This document shows, piece after piece, positions 20,100-30,304 of a stretch of 64,000 bases of DNA. The notes under the pieces are model-generated. The model made no database searches, had not been told where the DNA came from, and worked only from the letters and a program-made list of their open reading frames with translations. The translations under genes and the position numbers were made by a program. The DNA is taken from NCBI GenBank assembly GCA_963719505.1, contig CAVRCF010000005.1, forward strand, positions 416,001 through 480,000. Direction: 5' to 3'. Source of the DNA: Halobacteriovoraceae bacterium (GTDB taxonomy: Bacteria > Bdellovibrionota > Bacteriovoracia > Bacteriovoracales > Bacteriovoracaceae). The first letter of the stretch is position 1; each line of letters opens with the position of its first letter.

Positions 20100-21418
20100 A
20101 AATTATCCAGTGCGTTTTCCCGCTCACAGGCCATAAGGGATTCGAATTTTTTGAGATCATTAGGAGACTTCTCTTTAAGAGCAATAATCATTTCGACATC
20201 ATTCATTTTTCGAAGACTGGCCGTATACTTCCTTAAACTTTTAAACATATCCCCTCTTAAGTCTTCCCAAAGAGATTCAATATTTTCTAGTTTAGTATAA
20301 TCATTTTTATCAGTTGATTCCCAAAGTTTTACAAGTGTCATTTTTCTTGAGTGAAGATCTTTGACTTTGTCATTAAGCTCATCAAGGTTTTCTTCAATAT
20401 ACTTTGAAGCGTTTTTATACATTCTGGAATAAGCACCATAAAGTTTATTTCTACCTGCAAAAGTATCTATCTGCTTTTGAACGGAGTTATTCTCTATCTT
20501 GTCTAATTGGCTTTGAAGATCTGACAAAACTGTAAATTGATCTTCATTAGCCATTGAAGACTGACAATGAATACACAATTTTTTTGGAGCTTTCCCTAGC
20601 GAAGTCTGTGGAAAGTCCTCTCCACTAAAAATAGTGGAAAAAGATTCTTTATAGGTCTTATCATTTAGATCGTTAAGTTTGCTTTTCAAAAAAACACCAG
20701 AAGTTAAAGAAGTCCCTTTTACTAGATCATCAATATCTTCACCGAGGTTATAATAATGGAAGTTAAACAGATTTGTCTCTTTCATTAAATCTTTTCTGGT
20801 GGGAGTGGATAATCCAAAGAAGTCACTAACACTTTGAATTTTATTATCGTTATAGCTCTCACTCCAATAGTCCCAGCCAATAGGTAAATACTCATTCATC
20901 CTGGCACTATCAGTTGCTGAGACAAAACCTGTTGAGAGGTTCTCATCATTAACGGAAGCTCCCCCACACATTGATTTAATATTTTTAAAGTTAGAGCTTA
21001 TAATTGTTTCACTAAATTTTGGCCAACAAATCTGAGAGGAAAACGTCACCTCAGTTCCCTCTGGCAGTCTCCTATCCAAATCCCCCAATGCTTTTGAGTA
21101 GGTCACAAACTCACTTGCGCTAAAAGGAAGCTTAGTCGATGAACCGTGATCCACAAATGAGATATGGAGCTTATCTTTTTTTGGATCGAATTTTTCTTTC
21201 TTTAATTTGTCTTCAAGAATAGTGTGAGAATTAGACATATCTAAATCATGAGTTTTAACAACCAAGCATCCCATCTCTTTGGCCTTTTTTTCTACAAACT
21301 GGGCCCTATGAAAATGCCTTTTCTCATCTGACACACCCAAAAAGACGTAAGTAAAACATCTGGCCGATGCGCTAAAGGAAATTAAAAATAAGGCAGTAAT
21401 AATGATAAGCTTTTTCAT
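20096..21418 (-). CDS. Exported hypothetical protein, possible clan CD (caspase/legumain-like) peptidase fold
   Basis: Signal peptide; HISFVDHG and FSSQIC motifs. Confidence 0.6.
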   Translation of the reverse strand: MKKLIIITALFLISFSASARCFTYVFLGVSDEKRHFHRAQFVEKKAKEMGCLVVKTHDLDMSNSHTILEDKLKKEKFDPKKDKLHISFVDHGSSTKLPFSASEFVTYSKALGDLDRRLPEGTEVTFSSQICWPKFSETIISSNFKNIKSMCGGASVNDENLSTGFVSATDSARMNEYLPIGWDYWSESYNDNKIQSVSDFFGLSTPTRKDLMKETNLFNFHYYNLGEDIDDLVKGTSLTSGVFLKSKLNDLNDKTYKESFSTIFSGEDFPQTSLGKAPKKLCIHCQSSMANEDQFTVLSDLQSQLDKIENNSVQKQIDTFAGRNKLYGAYSRMYKNASKYIEENLDELNDKVKDLHSRKMTLVKLWESTDKNDYTKLENIESLWEDLRGDMFKSLRKYTASLRKMNDVEMIIALKEKSPNDLKKFESLMACERENALDNL

Positions 21419-21425
21419 GTAAGTA

Positions 21426-21452
21426 TTATCGGTTAACCAACCAAAATTGTTA
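21426..21452 (-). promoter_or_regulatory. Sigma28 (FliA)-type promoter
   Basis: TAAC-N15-ACCGATAA, 7 nt upstream of ATG 21418. Confidence 0.55.
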
Positions 21453-21476
21453 AAATTAAAAGCACAACTCTTAAAG

Positions 21477-23411
21477 TCAGTTAATCACGATGAGTTTAAA
21501 TTTTTCAACTTGTGTAAAGACACTGGTAGCTGTGGGATTGAGAAACATCTCGCCAGAGCTTTGAGATATAAGACCTATTGCTATCATATCAAAAGAGTCA
21601 ACTTTATCAGCAATTTGCTCAAAGCTCATTGGTCCAGTGAGGCCAAATTGTTTTGCTGAAATAAAAGTAATATCCGATCCCCCAGCGTGAAAGAGATACT
21701 CAAAAACTCGATTGAGTTCAAACCTCAAGGCCACATTGGCAAGGATATAACTTATGACTAAGGGACTAATAATTGTCTCACCTTGTTTGGCGACAAAAAG
21801 TTTTTCATTTTCTGGTTCTGCTAGTTCAATCAAGATGGGAACTCTCTTTTCCAAATTAAGGAATTGCTTTAATTGCAAAATACCTAAGATCGAGCGAGCA
21901 TCGGCATCTGAACTATCATTGGTTCGATCACTTGAGAGAAAAACAATATTCGTATAAGGACTAAAATCAAGCTGAGACATTTCACTAAAGGATGTGTAAT
22001 CAGCTTGGATATGTTTAATTCTTGATTTCATTTTCTCGTCTACTATCTTAGATAGACTTTTTTCTCTTTGAGAGATATCAAAAAGAGAAACAATATCGAC
22101 ATCAAAATCAAATTTTTTCGTCTCTAAAAGCTCGTTAATTAAAAAAGGTGCTTTTTTACTCCAGCCCATGACAAGAAGTTTTCTTTTTTGCACGACATAT
22201 TTTTTAAGGACTCCGGTCTCTTGGCTCGCTTGAGCTTTTGATATTCTTTTATGGTCAACATAAATGGAATCATAATTTTTGGTGATTAAGATAATAAGAT
22301 CATTCGCTTTTATAATCTCTGAATCTTCAGGGTTGATAAGGCATCTATTTTTGTCCTTGTTAGAGACAATTCCAATGGCAATATTTTCTGGAAAAGCTCT
22401 TTTAATTTGCCCCCAATTTTTACCAATTAAGTCACTAAACTCTTTGAGATGGATTTCACTACCTCGCCCCTGAGCAATAAGTTCAGCGATCACCAAGGAC
22501 AATCCTGGATTTTGGATATTCTGAGCAATCATTCTTGACAGTAAGACCCTACCGGAGACGATTTCAAGATTTTGGGGATAGGCCGCTTTAGCAACTTCAA
22601 CATTATTATTATCTAGGATTTCTACCACAACCTTTGGAGGTGTTCTCTTATTAAGCTCAGAGATATTATTAATCGATAGCAATGCTTTAATGGCCCGTGT
22701 GTCTGAATTTTCTTGTCCACTGTTGCCATAAATCGATGAAGGCATGATAACAACAGAGCTATTTTCGACATTAATTCTCACAAGATCGTCCGCTTTCATA
22801 GAGTCCCCCGTTCTAAAAATTACTTTTCGAAGTTGGGATCCCGAGCCAATATGATCGCTAAGGTCCGCGGTGAGTTCATAGCCAACTTCTGGGTTGAGGA
22901 CGATAATTTTCTCTGAAGCTCTTTTATTAATCTTCAAAAACATCTTAAACTTTCTTTTTGATGAGATGATTTGCTGAATAATAATGGGAGTTCGATTATT
23001 GTATCCAAGAATTGAGATATGGCCCTTCATCATAATGGGGGTATAGCCAGCTTCAAGCTCTTTCATCATTTTATAAAGCCACTGGGTCATGATGGCTACT
23101 AAAGAGCCCATAAAAAGAACGTAGCCCAAAAGAGTTAAAGCCGTTGCTAAAATCCTTTTGGCCATACCATTATCATCACCAAGGTATCCAGGGTCACTCA
23201 TTCGTAAAAATGCCCACCAAGAACTGTTCTTTAAATCACCAATTTCTGGCTCTATATATAAAAGGACCTCACCGCCAATAAGGGAAATAACTCCTATGAC
23301 AAACCCAATAAACAATACTTGATAAAATGGTCCTCGGATGAGAAATCGCTCAACTTGATATTTAACGTACAACACAAATTTTGAAGAGAAGCTTTTTGGA
23401 CCAAGAGACAT
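21477..23411 (-). CDS. CASTOR/POLLUX (DMI1)-like ion channel with two RCK domains
   Basis: WWAFLRMSDPGYLGDD pore motif, GHISILGYN RCK start, DADARSILGIL. Confidence 0.85.
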   Translation of the reverse strand: MSLGPKSFSSKFVLYVKYQVERFLIRGPFYQVLFIGFVIGVISLIGGEVLLYIEPEIGDLKNSSWWAFLRMSDPGYLGDDNGMAKRILATALTLLGYVLFMGSLVAIMTQWLYKMMKELEAGYTPIMMKGHISILGYNNRTPIIIQQIISSKRKFKMFLKINKRASEKIIVLNPEVGYELTADLSDHIGSGSQLRKVIFRTGDSMKADDLVRINVENSSVVIMPSSIYGNSGQENSDTRAIKALLSINNISELNKRTPPKVVVEILDNNNVEVAKAAYPQNLEIVSGRVLLSRMIAQNIQNPGLSLVIAELIAQGRGSEIHLKEFSDLIGKNWGQIKRAFPENIAIGIVSNKDKNRCLINPEDSEIIKANDLIILITKNYDSIYVDHKRISKAQASQETGVLKKYVVQKRKLLVMGWSKKAPFLINELLETKKFDFDVDIVSLFDISQREKSLSKIVDEKMKSRIKHIQADYTSFSEMSQLDFSPYTNIVFLSSDRTNDSSDADARSILGILQLKQFLNLEKRVPILIELAEPENEKLFVAKQGETIISPLVISYILANVALRFELNRVFEYLFHAGGSDITFISAKQFGLTGPMSFEQIADKVDSFDMIAIGLISQSSGEMFLNPTATSVFTQVEKFKLIVIN

Positions 23412-23602
23412 ATTTAATTCCTTTAATTTATACCCCTATGATGGCGAAAATCCTGTTAAAAGTAAATTTTAATTGGCACTGAGAAAAAAAACATAACTAT
23501 TAGTTATATGTAAGGTAAAGGCTTATTCTTCCCATTTACAGGGAACAAGCATAGGATTAATATCAGACGAATAGAGACATCCATCCTTTAGAGGGAAACT
23601 TA

Positions 23603-24277
23603 ATGAAAAGCCATTTTGAAGTAAACATAAAGACATTTAAAAACCTTAAAGAAATTAAAGGTTCTTGGACCAATGAGCATTTTTTAAAAATCATGGAAGA
23701 CCTTGAGTACTCTGACACAGATGGGATGAGTGAATCTGATTTAAAAGAGACAGCAATTATGCTCTTGCAGGATCTTGAGCCAGAAGACGCAGCCTTAGTT
23801 CTCTTAAAATTAAAACTTGGTGAAAAACTAAAAGAGGGACAACTTAAAAACATCTCAAATGAGATGTTGGATGAAAAGCTTTGGGAGGAATATGCAGAAC
23901 CCTCTTTACATGAAGATTTTTTTGTCGTCGCAAGCCTTTTATATCAAGTCGCACCTAAGATTTTTCCAAAACCAGACGCAGTCGAGATGAGTTTTGACAT
24001 CACGGCATCAAATGATAAATCAGCTCAGGATCTTCTGTCTCACTGCCAAGAAAACTTTGTTTTGAAAATCCTCGCCGACGGGATGGATAATGGATCAATT
24101 ATTCATAGGCTCTATGGTGATCAGCTTGCAACTTTCTCTATTGAGGAAGCCAGTAAAATACTATGGACTTTAGAAAAAACTGATCAATCTGAAAAGACAG
24201 TTAGTTTTAAACTTATAAGTTCTGGATACTGGATGGATCCTTTGATGGGTATCAACTCATTTGAATCTTCCCTATAA
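23603..24277 (+). CDS. Hypothetical protein
   Basis: 224-aa ORF with AGAGGG RBS; acidic; no family recognised. Confidence 0.75.
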   Translation: MKSHFEVNIKTFKNLKEIKGSWTNEHFLKIMEDLEYSDTDGMSESDLKETAIMLLQDLEPEDAALVLLKLKLGEKLKEGQLKNISNEMLDEKLWEEYAEPSLHEDFFVVASLLYQVAPKIFPKPDAVEMSFDITASNDKSAQDLLSHCQENFVLKILADGMDNGSIIHRLYGDQLATFSIEEASKILWTLEKTDQSEKTVSFKLISSGYWMDPLMGINSFESSL

Positions 24278-24321
24278 TCAGGTAAATCCAGCTCTTTTGG
24301 TGCGGCTGTACTAAGATCAGA

Positions 24322-24350
24322 TTTACATATTGGCCACATTGCAGTATTTT
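24322..24350 (+). promoter_or_regulatory. Native prfC sigma70 promoter, stranded left of the island
   Basis: TTTACA-N17-TATTTT upstream of the orphaned prfC 5' end; near-copy at 33873-33901. Confidence 0.6.
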
Positions 24351-24384
24351 GGGCACTCAAAACTTTATATTTACAGGAAGACAT

Positions 24385-24441
24385 ATGAAAACAATTCACC
24401 CACGCTGCACATTTGCCATTATATCTTCGACCACGCCCTAA
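24385..24441 (+). pseudogene. prfC: Displaced native 5' end of prfC ([18 protein letters not shown])
   Basis: [15 protein letters not shown] identical to the RF3 N-terminus at 34132; stops shortly after the att core. Confidence 0.85.
24401..24419 (+). repeat. attL core direct repeat
   Basis: CACGCTGCACATTTGCCAT, identical to 34148-34166. Confidence 0.9.
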
Positions 24442-24480
24442 TCACGCTCTACCAGAAGCATCGAGATCATTAATCATTCT

Positions 24481-24501
24481 AAAACAACATAAAAACCACA
24501 T
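24481..24501 (+). repeat. Putative integrase arm-type sites (left end)
   Basis: AAAACAACAT-AAAAACCACAT; the same units recur four times at 33966-34020. Confidence 0.6.
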
Positions 24502-24826
24502 CAATAGATAAATGCACATTAAATTATAATGTGAATGTTTAAAATTTTCCGCATACTAGAAAGTAAGTAGTCAGGTTTTTTATGTGTTTACCTTTTGCGT
24601 AGAGAACGATCTTCAAACTAATAATTGTTCACACATTCAGATTCAGACAGCAATGGTTTGAAATCTTTAAACACTGATACCTTGAAGTCTATTTTAAAGT
24701 TCCATCAATTCAGGATAAAGGTTAATAGTAAACTCATTTTAATAGTGCCCAGTTTGTCATCAAATCTATACAAGTAGTAATACTTATCTAGATTTAATTT
24801 ATAGACATTTAGATAACAATTTATAC

Positions 24827-25420
24827 ATGAAATCAATCGTATCTCGATCAATATTGACAGTTTTATTTGTTATAGCAAGTGTAATAGGCTTTGCCGTTTT
24901 CAGGTTCTATTATAATGTGAGTACAGAGTTTCCTTTTACTCAAGAATTTATACTTGTTCTATTAGGAGTTATATCAACAGTTTTGATAACTGCGATTCTA
25001 CTCATCCAACAATCTAAACTCGATCTTCGAAAAGAAGAAAAAGTACTACTTGTTAATCAGAAAAACACTATTTACATGGGAATAATTGAAGAAGTTTCCA
25101 TGATTGCGGATAATAGAGATTTTGAACCCAAAAGTATATCTCGTTTAAAGATCCTTAATCACAAACTCTCGATTGTTGGTAGTATTCTAGTTGTTAGAAA
25201 CTTCAACAAAACTTTAGACTTATTATTAGAGGGTCTTGAAAAGAAATGCATGACCGAGCCTCAAGCGGAAGAATTGATGCACTCAATTGCTGAACTAACT
25301 TTTTACATGAGAGCCGACCTCCTAGGAGAAAACTTAGAGGAGATCGATGGTGTTATGGGAGATATTATATCTAATTCTAAAGATATCGAACAAGTTGAAG
25401 ACAGAGGTAATCAACCCTAA
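24827..25420 (+). CDS. Hypothetical membrane protein (island cargo)
   Basis: Two N-terminal TM helices followed by a helical cytoplasmic domain. Confidence 0.75.
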   Translation: MKSIVSRSILTVLFVIASVIGFAVFRFYYNVSTEFPFTQEFILVLLGVISTVLITAILLIQQSKLDLRKEEKVLLVNQKNTIYMGIIEEVSMIADNRDFEPKSISRLKILNHKLSIVGSILVVRNFNKTLDLLLEGLEKKCMTEPQAEELMHSIAELTFYMRADLLGENLEEIDGVMGDIISNSKDIEQVEDRGNQP

Positions 25421-25572
25421 ATTAAACTTTTAGAAATATTCATGAGGGAGAAAATAAAACAGGTGCTTTTAATTTAAGATTCTATTCGACGTCAAAACTT
25501 CGATTACTGCGTAAACATGAGGCTTTGGCTTTACTTGCCCGAATAACGTTCACATAAAAGACTTCTACCCGC

Positions 25573-27381
25573 TCAACTTAATTGTTTATCCATCATTCTA
25601 TCTATAACCTTCTTAGCCCAGTTTTTTGGAGGGTCGCCAAAACATTCTAGAATAGCATCAACACCAAACAGGGCTCCTTTAGCCAATCTTCCTAAAACGG
25701 CAACAGGCAAAGAGCCGTTAGAGGTCAATATGAGAGAGGCATCATCTGTTTTGAGACCAAGATCTTCATAGACCGATCCGATCTTTAAGTCATTTAGTAA
25801 ATTCACTATTATCGGCGAGTTCACATCTCTTATATCGGGAGCTGCTAAAACTGAATTGATCATAAATTCAGTTGTAATTGTAGATTTCTGATTTTCTAAA
25901 GTCCATCCTGAAGAGCTATCCAACTGAATATCTGGATTATTAACAAAGTCTAAATTAATTAAACCGACCTTTGTGAGAGCAAGTAATTGCTGCATACTCG
26001 CCAGCGGAGGGCCAAATGCGTACCTCTTTAGGCGATCATCCAAGGTGATGATTTTGGTCATTATTTCGTCATCCACGGGCGCTAACGAAAAAGCTTGGTA
26101 CATTGTTGGCTGCATTTTCCGCCACACTTGACCTATACAATAGTCCAAACTCACTGGCTTGGTAGAGGATGCCATCCCAACAAAATTCTCAATAAGTTTC
26201 GTTACATTCTTCTCATTTTCAAAAATTTGATCATTAACATTTGCTCCTTTTATCCACGTGAGTGATAGTTCTTCTACACCTTGCATGGTTAGTGAATGTT
26301 CGACCGCCTTAGTGTCTAAAGCCATAAATACGGTAGCTGCATTGAGAGCCGCAAGCCTTTGAAGATTTTTGAATACGTCTCCACCAGATTTTATAAGTCG
26401 ATTCAATTCTGGTAATAGCTGGTCTTCATTGATAATGTCATGTTCGTACCAGCTATCAATGCTCTCGTCCCTGGGCTTGGGAGATAAGGGAAGACCGTCG
26501 AGCGAGAAAGGAACAATAGTAGCAGGCTCCTTTCCGCTGGCTCTATAGATCATAGATAAAGTCTTAGGACATTGAGTCTCAAAGGTTCCTCCAAGTCCGA
26601 TAGTCAGAGCTCTCATCGTATCAATCATAGCTAGTCCGAACCCTCGGACAGCAACTCGTTTAGTATGCATATCGGGTAGTGTAACGTATGAGTGAACAGG
26701 ATATGCGCTTGTAAATAACCTAGGCTTGCTCTTATCAGTTGTTAAACTCTTTAGCCAACCTTGTATCTGTGGATCAAATTGCACTGTCTGGTGACCAATT
26801 GTTAACAAGACCTCATCATATCCCATAGACGTCAACCCGTCACTTTCCCTATCAGGTGGCGAGAATGCAGATGATTTACCTTGGGAGCCGAATGAGTATT
26901 CGACTGAGTAATGTTTACCAATTGGATTGATTCGAACAACTCTTCCTCTAATTACTTTCAAAAGATTAATGTGCTCAAGTGAGATTGCTAATGAATTGAA
27001 TCTCTCTATCAAGTAATTTCCAAGATAAGAGCGGCTCGGATAATGATCTGCTTCGTGTCTTGGATTTTCTCTTTGGCTACTTTCTGATGGTCGGGGACCC
27101 TTTCTCTTTGACCATTCGTGAAAAGATGGAAAACCCTGTATCTCATTATCGTTAATAATAATAGATTTTCTGGGTTCTAATTTGAGAAGCCTCGAAGAGA
27201 TATTGAGCCAATTGGTATCAGGTTGCTTAGAGGAATATACTGGACCAGCTCCCAGCCACAAACTTTCTTCAAAAAGTGTGCAAATTGGATAGTCGCTTGA
27301 GAGGTTACGTGCGGCTGAAGTAAAAAGGTTTTCCAAAGCAAAAAGTCCTCGTGGCCCCCCTCCAACAATAGCAATTTTCAT
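25573..27381 (-). CDS. FAD/NAD(P)-binding protein (YdhS-like)
   Basis: KIAIVGGGPRG Rossmann motif, YPSRSYLGNYL, VLLTIGH, second motif RGFGLAMID. Confidence 0.85.
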   Translation of the reverse strand: MKIAIVGGGPRGLFALENLFTSAARNLSSDYPICTLFEESLWLGAGPVYSSKQPDTNWLNISSRLLKLEPRKSIIINDNEIQGFPSFHEWSKRKGPRPSESSQRENPRHEADHYPSRSYLGNYLIERFNSLAISLEHINLLKVIRGRVVRINPIGKHYSVEYSFGSQGKSSAFSPPDRESDGLTSMGYDEVLLTIGHQTVQFDPQIQGWLKSLTTDKSKPRLFTSAYPVHSYVTLPDMHTKRVAVRGFGLAMIDTMRALTIGLGGTFETQCPKTLSMIYRASGKEPATIVPFSLDGLPLSPKPRDESIDSWYEHDIINEDQLLPELNRLIKSGGDVFKNLQRLAALNAATVFMALDTKAVEHSLTMQGVEELSLTWIKGANVNDQIFENEKNVTKLIENFVGMASSTKPVSLDYCIGQVWRKMQPTMYQAFSLAPVDDEIMTKIITLDDRLKRYAFGPPLASMQQLLALTKVGLINLDFVNNPDIQLDSSSGWTLENQKSTITTEFMINSVLAAPDIRDVNSPIIVNLLNDLKIGSVYEDLGLKTDDASLILTSNGSLPVAVLGRLAKGALFGVDAILECFGDPPKNWAKKVIDRMMDKQLS

Positions 27382-27642
27382 CTCATATCGCCTTTGAAGT
27401 ATACAACTGTGATTAGAAGTTTGAATTGACGTCGATTATTCTAATCACAATTCAAACTAATTAATCTGATTTAGATTTGTATGATAACTGGTTTTAATTT
27501 GTCTTATTGAAAAGACTAAAAAATACCAGCGAGTTTTAAAACTGCAACTACAACAACAATTAAGCCTATAAGATATATTATATTTCTCGGCATATATTTT
27601 CCCCTATTTTTTGAAATTTAGTTAATATTGTCTGAGATAATA

Positions 27643-27664
27643 AGAAGGCTGGATAACCAGCCCT
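27643..27664 (-). terminator. Probable intrinsic terminator of the 27673..28182 gene
   Basis: Minus strand AGGGCTGG-TTAT-CCAGCCTT-CTT just after the stop codon. Confidence 0.55.
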
Positions 27665-27672
27665 CCCCAATT

Positions 27673-28182
27673 TTAATTTGTAGAAATCTTCTTTGGTTCA
27701 AAGTTGCCTAAGCTTTCTTTTAAACTGTCGACTCTATCGCTATCAGTCTCAATCCCAACTAATACATGTCCACGACCTAGTTCTTCATCAACGAACTTAG
27801 CTTCAACTTCAGGAATTCCCATTCCAACAAGTCCACCAATAATACCACCAGCTGTACCACCTGCACCTGCACCAGCGAAAGCTGCTACTAAAGGTCCAAC
27901 TGCTAAAAGTCCTGCTCCACCAGTTAAAGCTACTGCTCCAGTAGCTGTAAGGCCTGCAACTACTGCTCCTGCAACTCCACCGGCTGTTGCTCCAATAGCT
28001 GTACCTTCTGGTGCCTTAGAGTTTTCTTGAATTTTTATATCTTCTTTTGAATTCCATGAATTCTCAGAAACAAGTAATGAGATATTATCTGCGTTATAAC
28101 CGATATTCTCAAGGTAGTTCATAGCATGCACCGCTTTAGTTTTATTTTCGAAAATTGCTGTTACTCGTTTTGTACTGCTCAT
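27673..28182 (-). CDS. General stress / glycine-zipper membrane protein
   Basis: VTAIF...GY..DNISLL; APEGTAIGATAGG glycine zipper; GLVGMGIPEVEAK; AGGAG RBS. Confidence 0.8.
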   Translation of the reverse strand: MSSTKRVTAIFENKTKAVHAMNYLENIGYNADNISLLVSENSWNSKEDIKIQENSKAPEGTAIGATAGGVAGAVVAGLTATGAVALTGGAGLLAVGPLVAAFAGAGAGGTAGGIIGGLVGMGIPEVEAKFVDEELGRGHVLVGIETDSDRVDSLKESLGNFEPKKISTN

Positions 28183-28697
28183 AAAATCTCCTTTACATTG
28201 TCCCTGTAGGCCAACAATAGTTTAATGTGTAACTACTTTCTTGTAGCTACTTATGTTGAATAGATAATACTCTGTTTGAACAAGATAGATTTTAGGAGAC
28301 TTGGAATCTATATGTTTAAATCTTCACATCAGTCCTTTAACCTATAGGCAGTAAAAGCACGAGAACTACATACTAGAGGGTGGTAGCGGTATTCGGCAGG
28401 TTAAAAGGCTTATAATATCAGAGTTGAAATTAAACCAGATACACTAGCTCTACCAATGTGATATTCATAAAACACACCGATTTCTGCACCAGAGCGTTTA
28501 CACTAAGTAGAAATTCAAGTCTATTATCCTTGCTCCATGCAAGATCAATGAGCTTTATATTTCCTGGAGTGTCGATTTTATAGAGAAGGCTTTTGAGTTT
28601 AGAGCTTAGGAAATACTGAATCAAGAATTCATGAAAGAGGTACAGAGTTTTAAGAGTGTAAAAGTCAGATGACCATACTTTTGTTAGTTACTGAATA

Positions 28698-29053
28698 TCA
28701 TAAGTTTTTATAAACCTTGTGAAGTTTCTTATGCTCATCTTTCATTCTCAAATATTCCTCATCTTTTCGAACAATATCATAAACCTGTTTAAAAATTTCA
28801 GCAGATTTTGCTTTTTCATTCACCAAAGCATTCGCCGATTGCGTTAACACATCACCTAAATCGTTATACTTAGTCCCTGAACCGTGGTTCGCATATCTCC
28901 TAGCTCTAGTCCAGCCCATCTGAATGAATTTTCTCGCCATATCCATCCCAACGAAGTCTGCCTCATCTTTATATGAATTAAATTGGTTGAAAATAATTCC
29001 TACTGACTCAGCAGCGATATCAGGAGTTTTAAATCGCCAATTAGGTAAGATCT
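28698..29053 (-). pseudogene. DUF4385-family gene, 5'-truncated by the IS3 element
   Basis: Frame reads ILPNWRFKTPDIA...FVGMDMARKFIQMGWTRARRYANH and runs directly into the IS inverted repeat; N-terminus absent. Confidence 0.8.
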
Positions 29054-29086
29054 TGGACTGCGGTCGTTTGATCGGACACCAACATG

Positions 29087-29908
29087 CTAAAGTTTAAAAA
29101 CAGGTCGATCCTTTTTTTCTTCAGTGTAAATATCTTCAAATTCTTCCGGTGGCAAGTAATTCAAAGATGAATGCAATCTTTTCTTGTTATAAACTTCTTC
29201 AATAAAATATGGCAACTTATCAATCACGTCTAAAAATGTATCGTACTTCCTCATAAAAATTTCTTCGTACTTTAAAGTTTTCATAAAAGATTCTGACCAA
29301 GCATTGTCGTAAGGATTTCCTTTTCGAGAACATGATAGATGAAAATTATTTTCCTTCAATTCTTTAACATATTTAGCGCAGAGATATTGTACTCCTCGAT
29401 CTGTATGATGGATAACTCCTTCTGGCGGCTTTCTTCGCTTGATGGCCATCTGTAAGGCATCTAGAGTTAACTGTCCATCAATCTTTTTTGAGACTGACCA
29501 ACCGATAACTTTACGAGAATAAAGATCAAGAAGAACTGCCAGAAAAACAAAACCATTTCCGATTCTAATGTAGGTTATATCTCCGGCCCAAACTTGATTG
29601 ACTCCATCAATAGTCATCTCATGAATCAAATTTGGATAAACTAATTCATCGTGATCCGACATCGTTGTTTTCATGTGCTTTCTTTTAGGTTTTAAAAAGA
29701 GCCCTGATTCACCAAGAATTCGTCTTAAACGAGTTTCTCCAACTGAGACACCATTTCTTTTTAAGTGCTGTAGCAATGGCCTGTAGCCCGCTCTTGGAAA
29801 CGTGACTCGTAGTTGTTCGACTTTACCTCGAATGTCGGCATCATGTTCTTCTTTTTCAGCTCTGGTAACTTTTGAATCCGCATAATAAGTTGATGATGAA
29901 AGCTCCAT
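29087..29908 (-). CDS. IS3 transposase OrfB (DDE); frame extends upstream to the A7 slippery site
   Basis: WAGDITY, HHTDRG, NAWSESF triad; YNKKRLHSSLNY. Confidence 0.93.
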   Translation of the reverse strand: MELSSSTYYADSKVTRAEKEEHDADIRGKVEQLRVTFPRAGYRPLLQHLKRNGVSVGETRLRRILGESGLFLKPKRKHMKTTMSDHDELVYPNLIHEMTIDGVNQVWAGDITYIRIGNGFVFLAVLLDLYSRKVIGWSVSKKIDGQLTLDALQMAIKRRKPPEGVIHHTDRGVQYLCAKYVKELKENNFHLSCSRKGNPYDNAWSESFMKTLKYEEIFMRKYDTFLDVIDKLPYFIEEVYNKKRLHSSLNYLPPEEFEDIYTEEKKDRPVFKL

Positions 29909-30304
29909 TATTTGGATTGCCTTCTTTTTAGTTCCTGTGCTTTTATAGTTTTTAGTAACCCAGTCAATTCGCTCTCTCGTTGTAAGGGTGGATACTTCAG
30001 GAGTTTTTTTAAAAGGTCACTTATGAGAACTTGTTCGGCAAATTTCTTTTTATAGGCATCAACTTCGAGCTCTAAGTTCAAAAATTCTTTGTGATTCCTC
30101 GATAGAATTTCCGCGAGCTGTTAGCTCTTCAACTCTGAGACCTTTAAGCTTTTCTTCTCTGAGTACTTTCCATCGATAAATGTATTGAGGTTCAGCTCTG
30201 AGTTGCTCTGCAATTTGATCGACACTGAGGCTTCCGGCAATGAATTCGTCAACGGCCCAGTCTTTTTGCTCTTTGGTAAATGTTTTTCTGTTTCTTTTTG
30301 TCAT
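29908..30304 (-). pseudogene. IS3 OrfA (HTH) with one extra base near 30074
   Basis: AGGAG-N6-ATG; after RIFEL the +1 frame continues ELEVDAYKKKFAEQVLISDLLKK...QSK* and ends in a TAATG overlap with orfB. Confidence 0.75.
30003..30013 (-). other. IS3 programmed -1 frameshift site
   Basis: T TTA AAA AAA C in repaired orfA; the -1 frame is open (KTPEVSTL...IQIMELSS) into orfB. Confidence 0.7.

Noticed and set aside
27704-28030. Pro/Ala-rich plus-strand ORF
   Set aside because: Antisense shadow of the Gly/Ala zipper gene.
28430-28624. 64-aa minus-strand ORF in the island
   Set aside because: TTG start with no RBS and no recognisable motif; cannot be supported.
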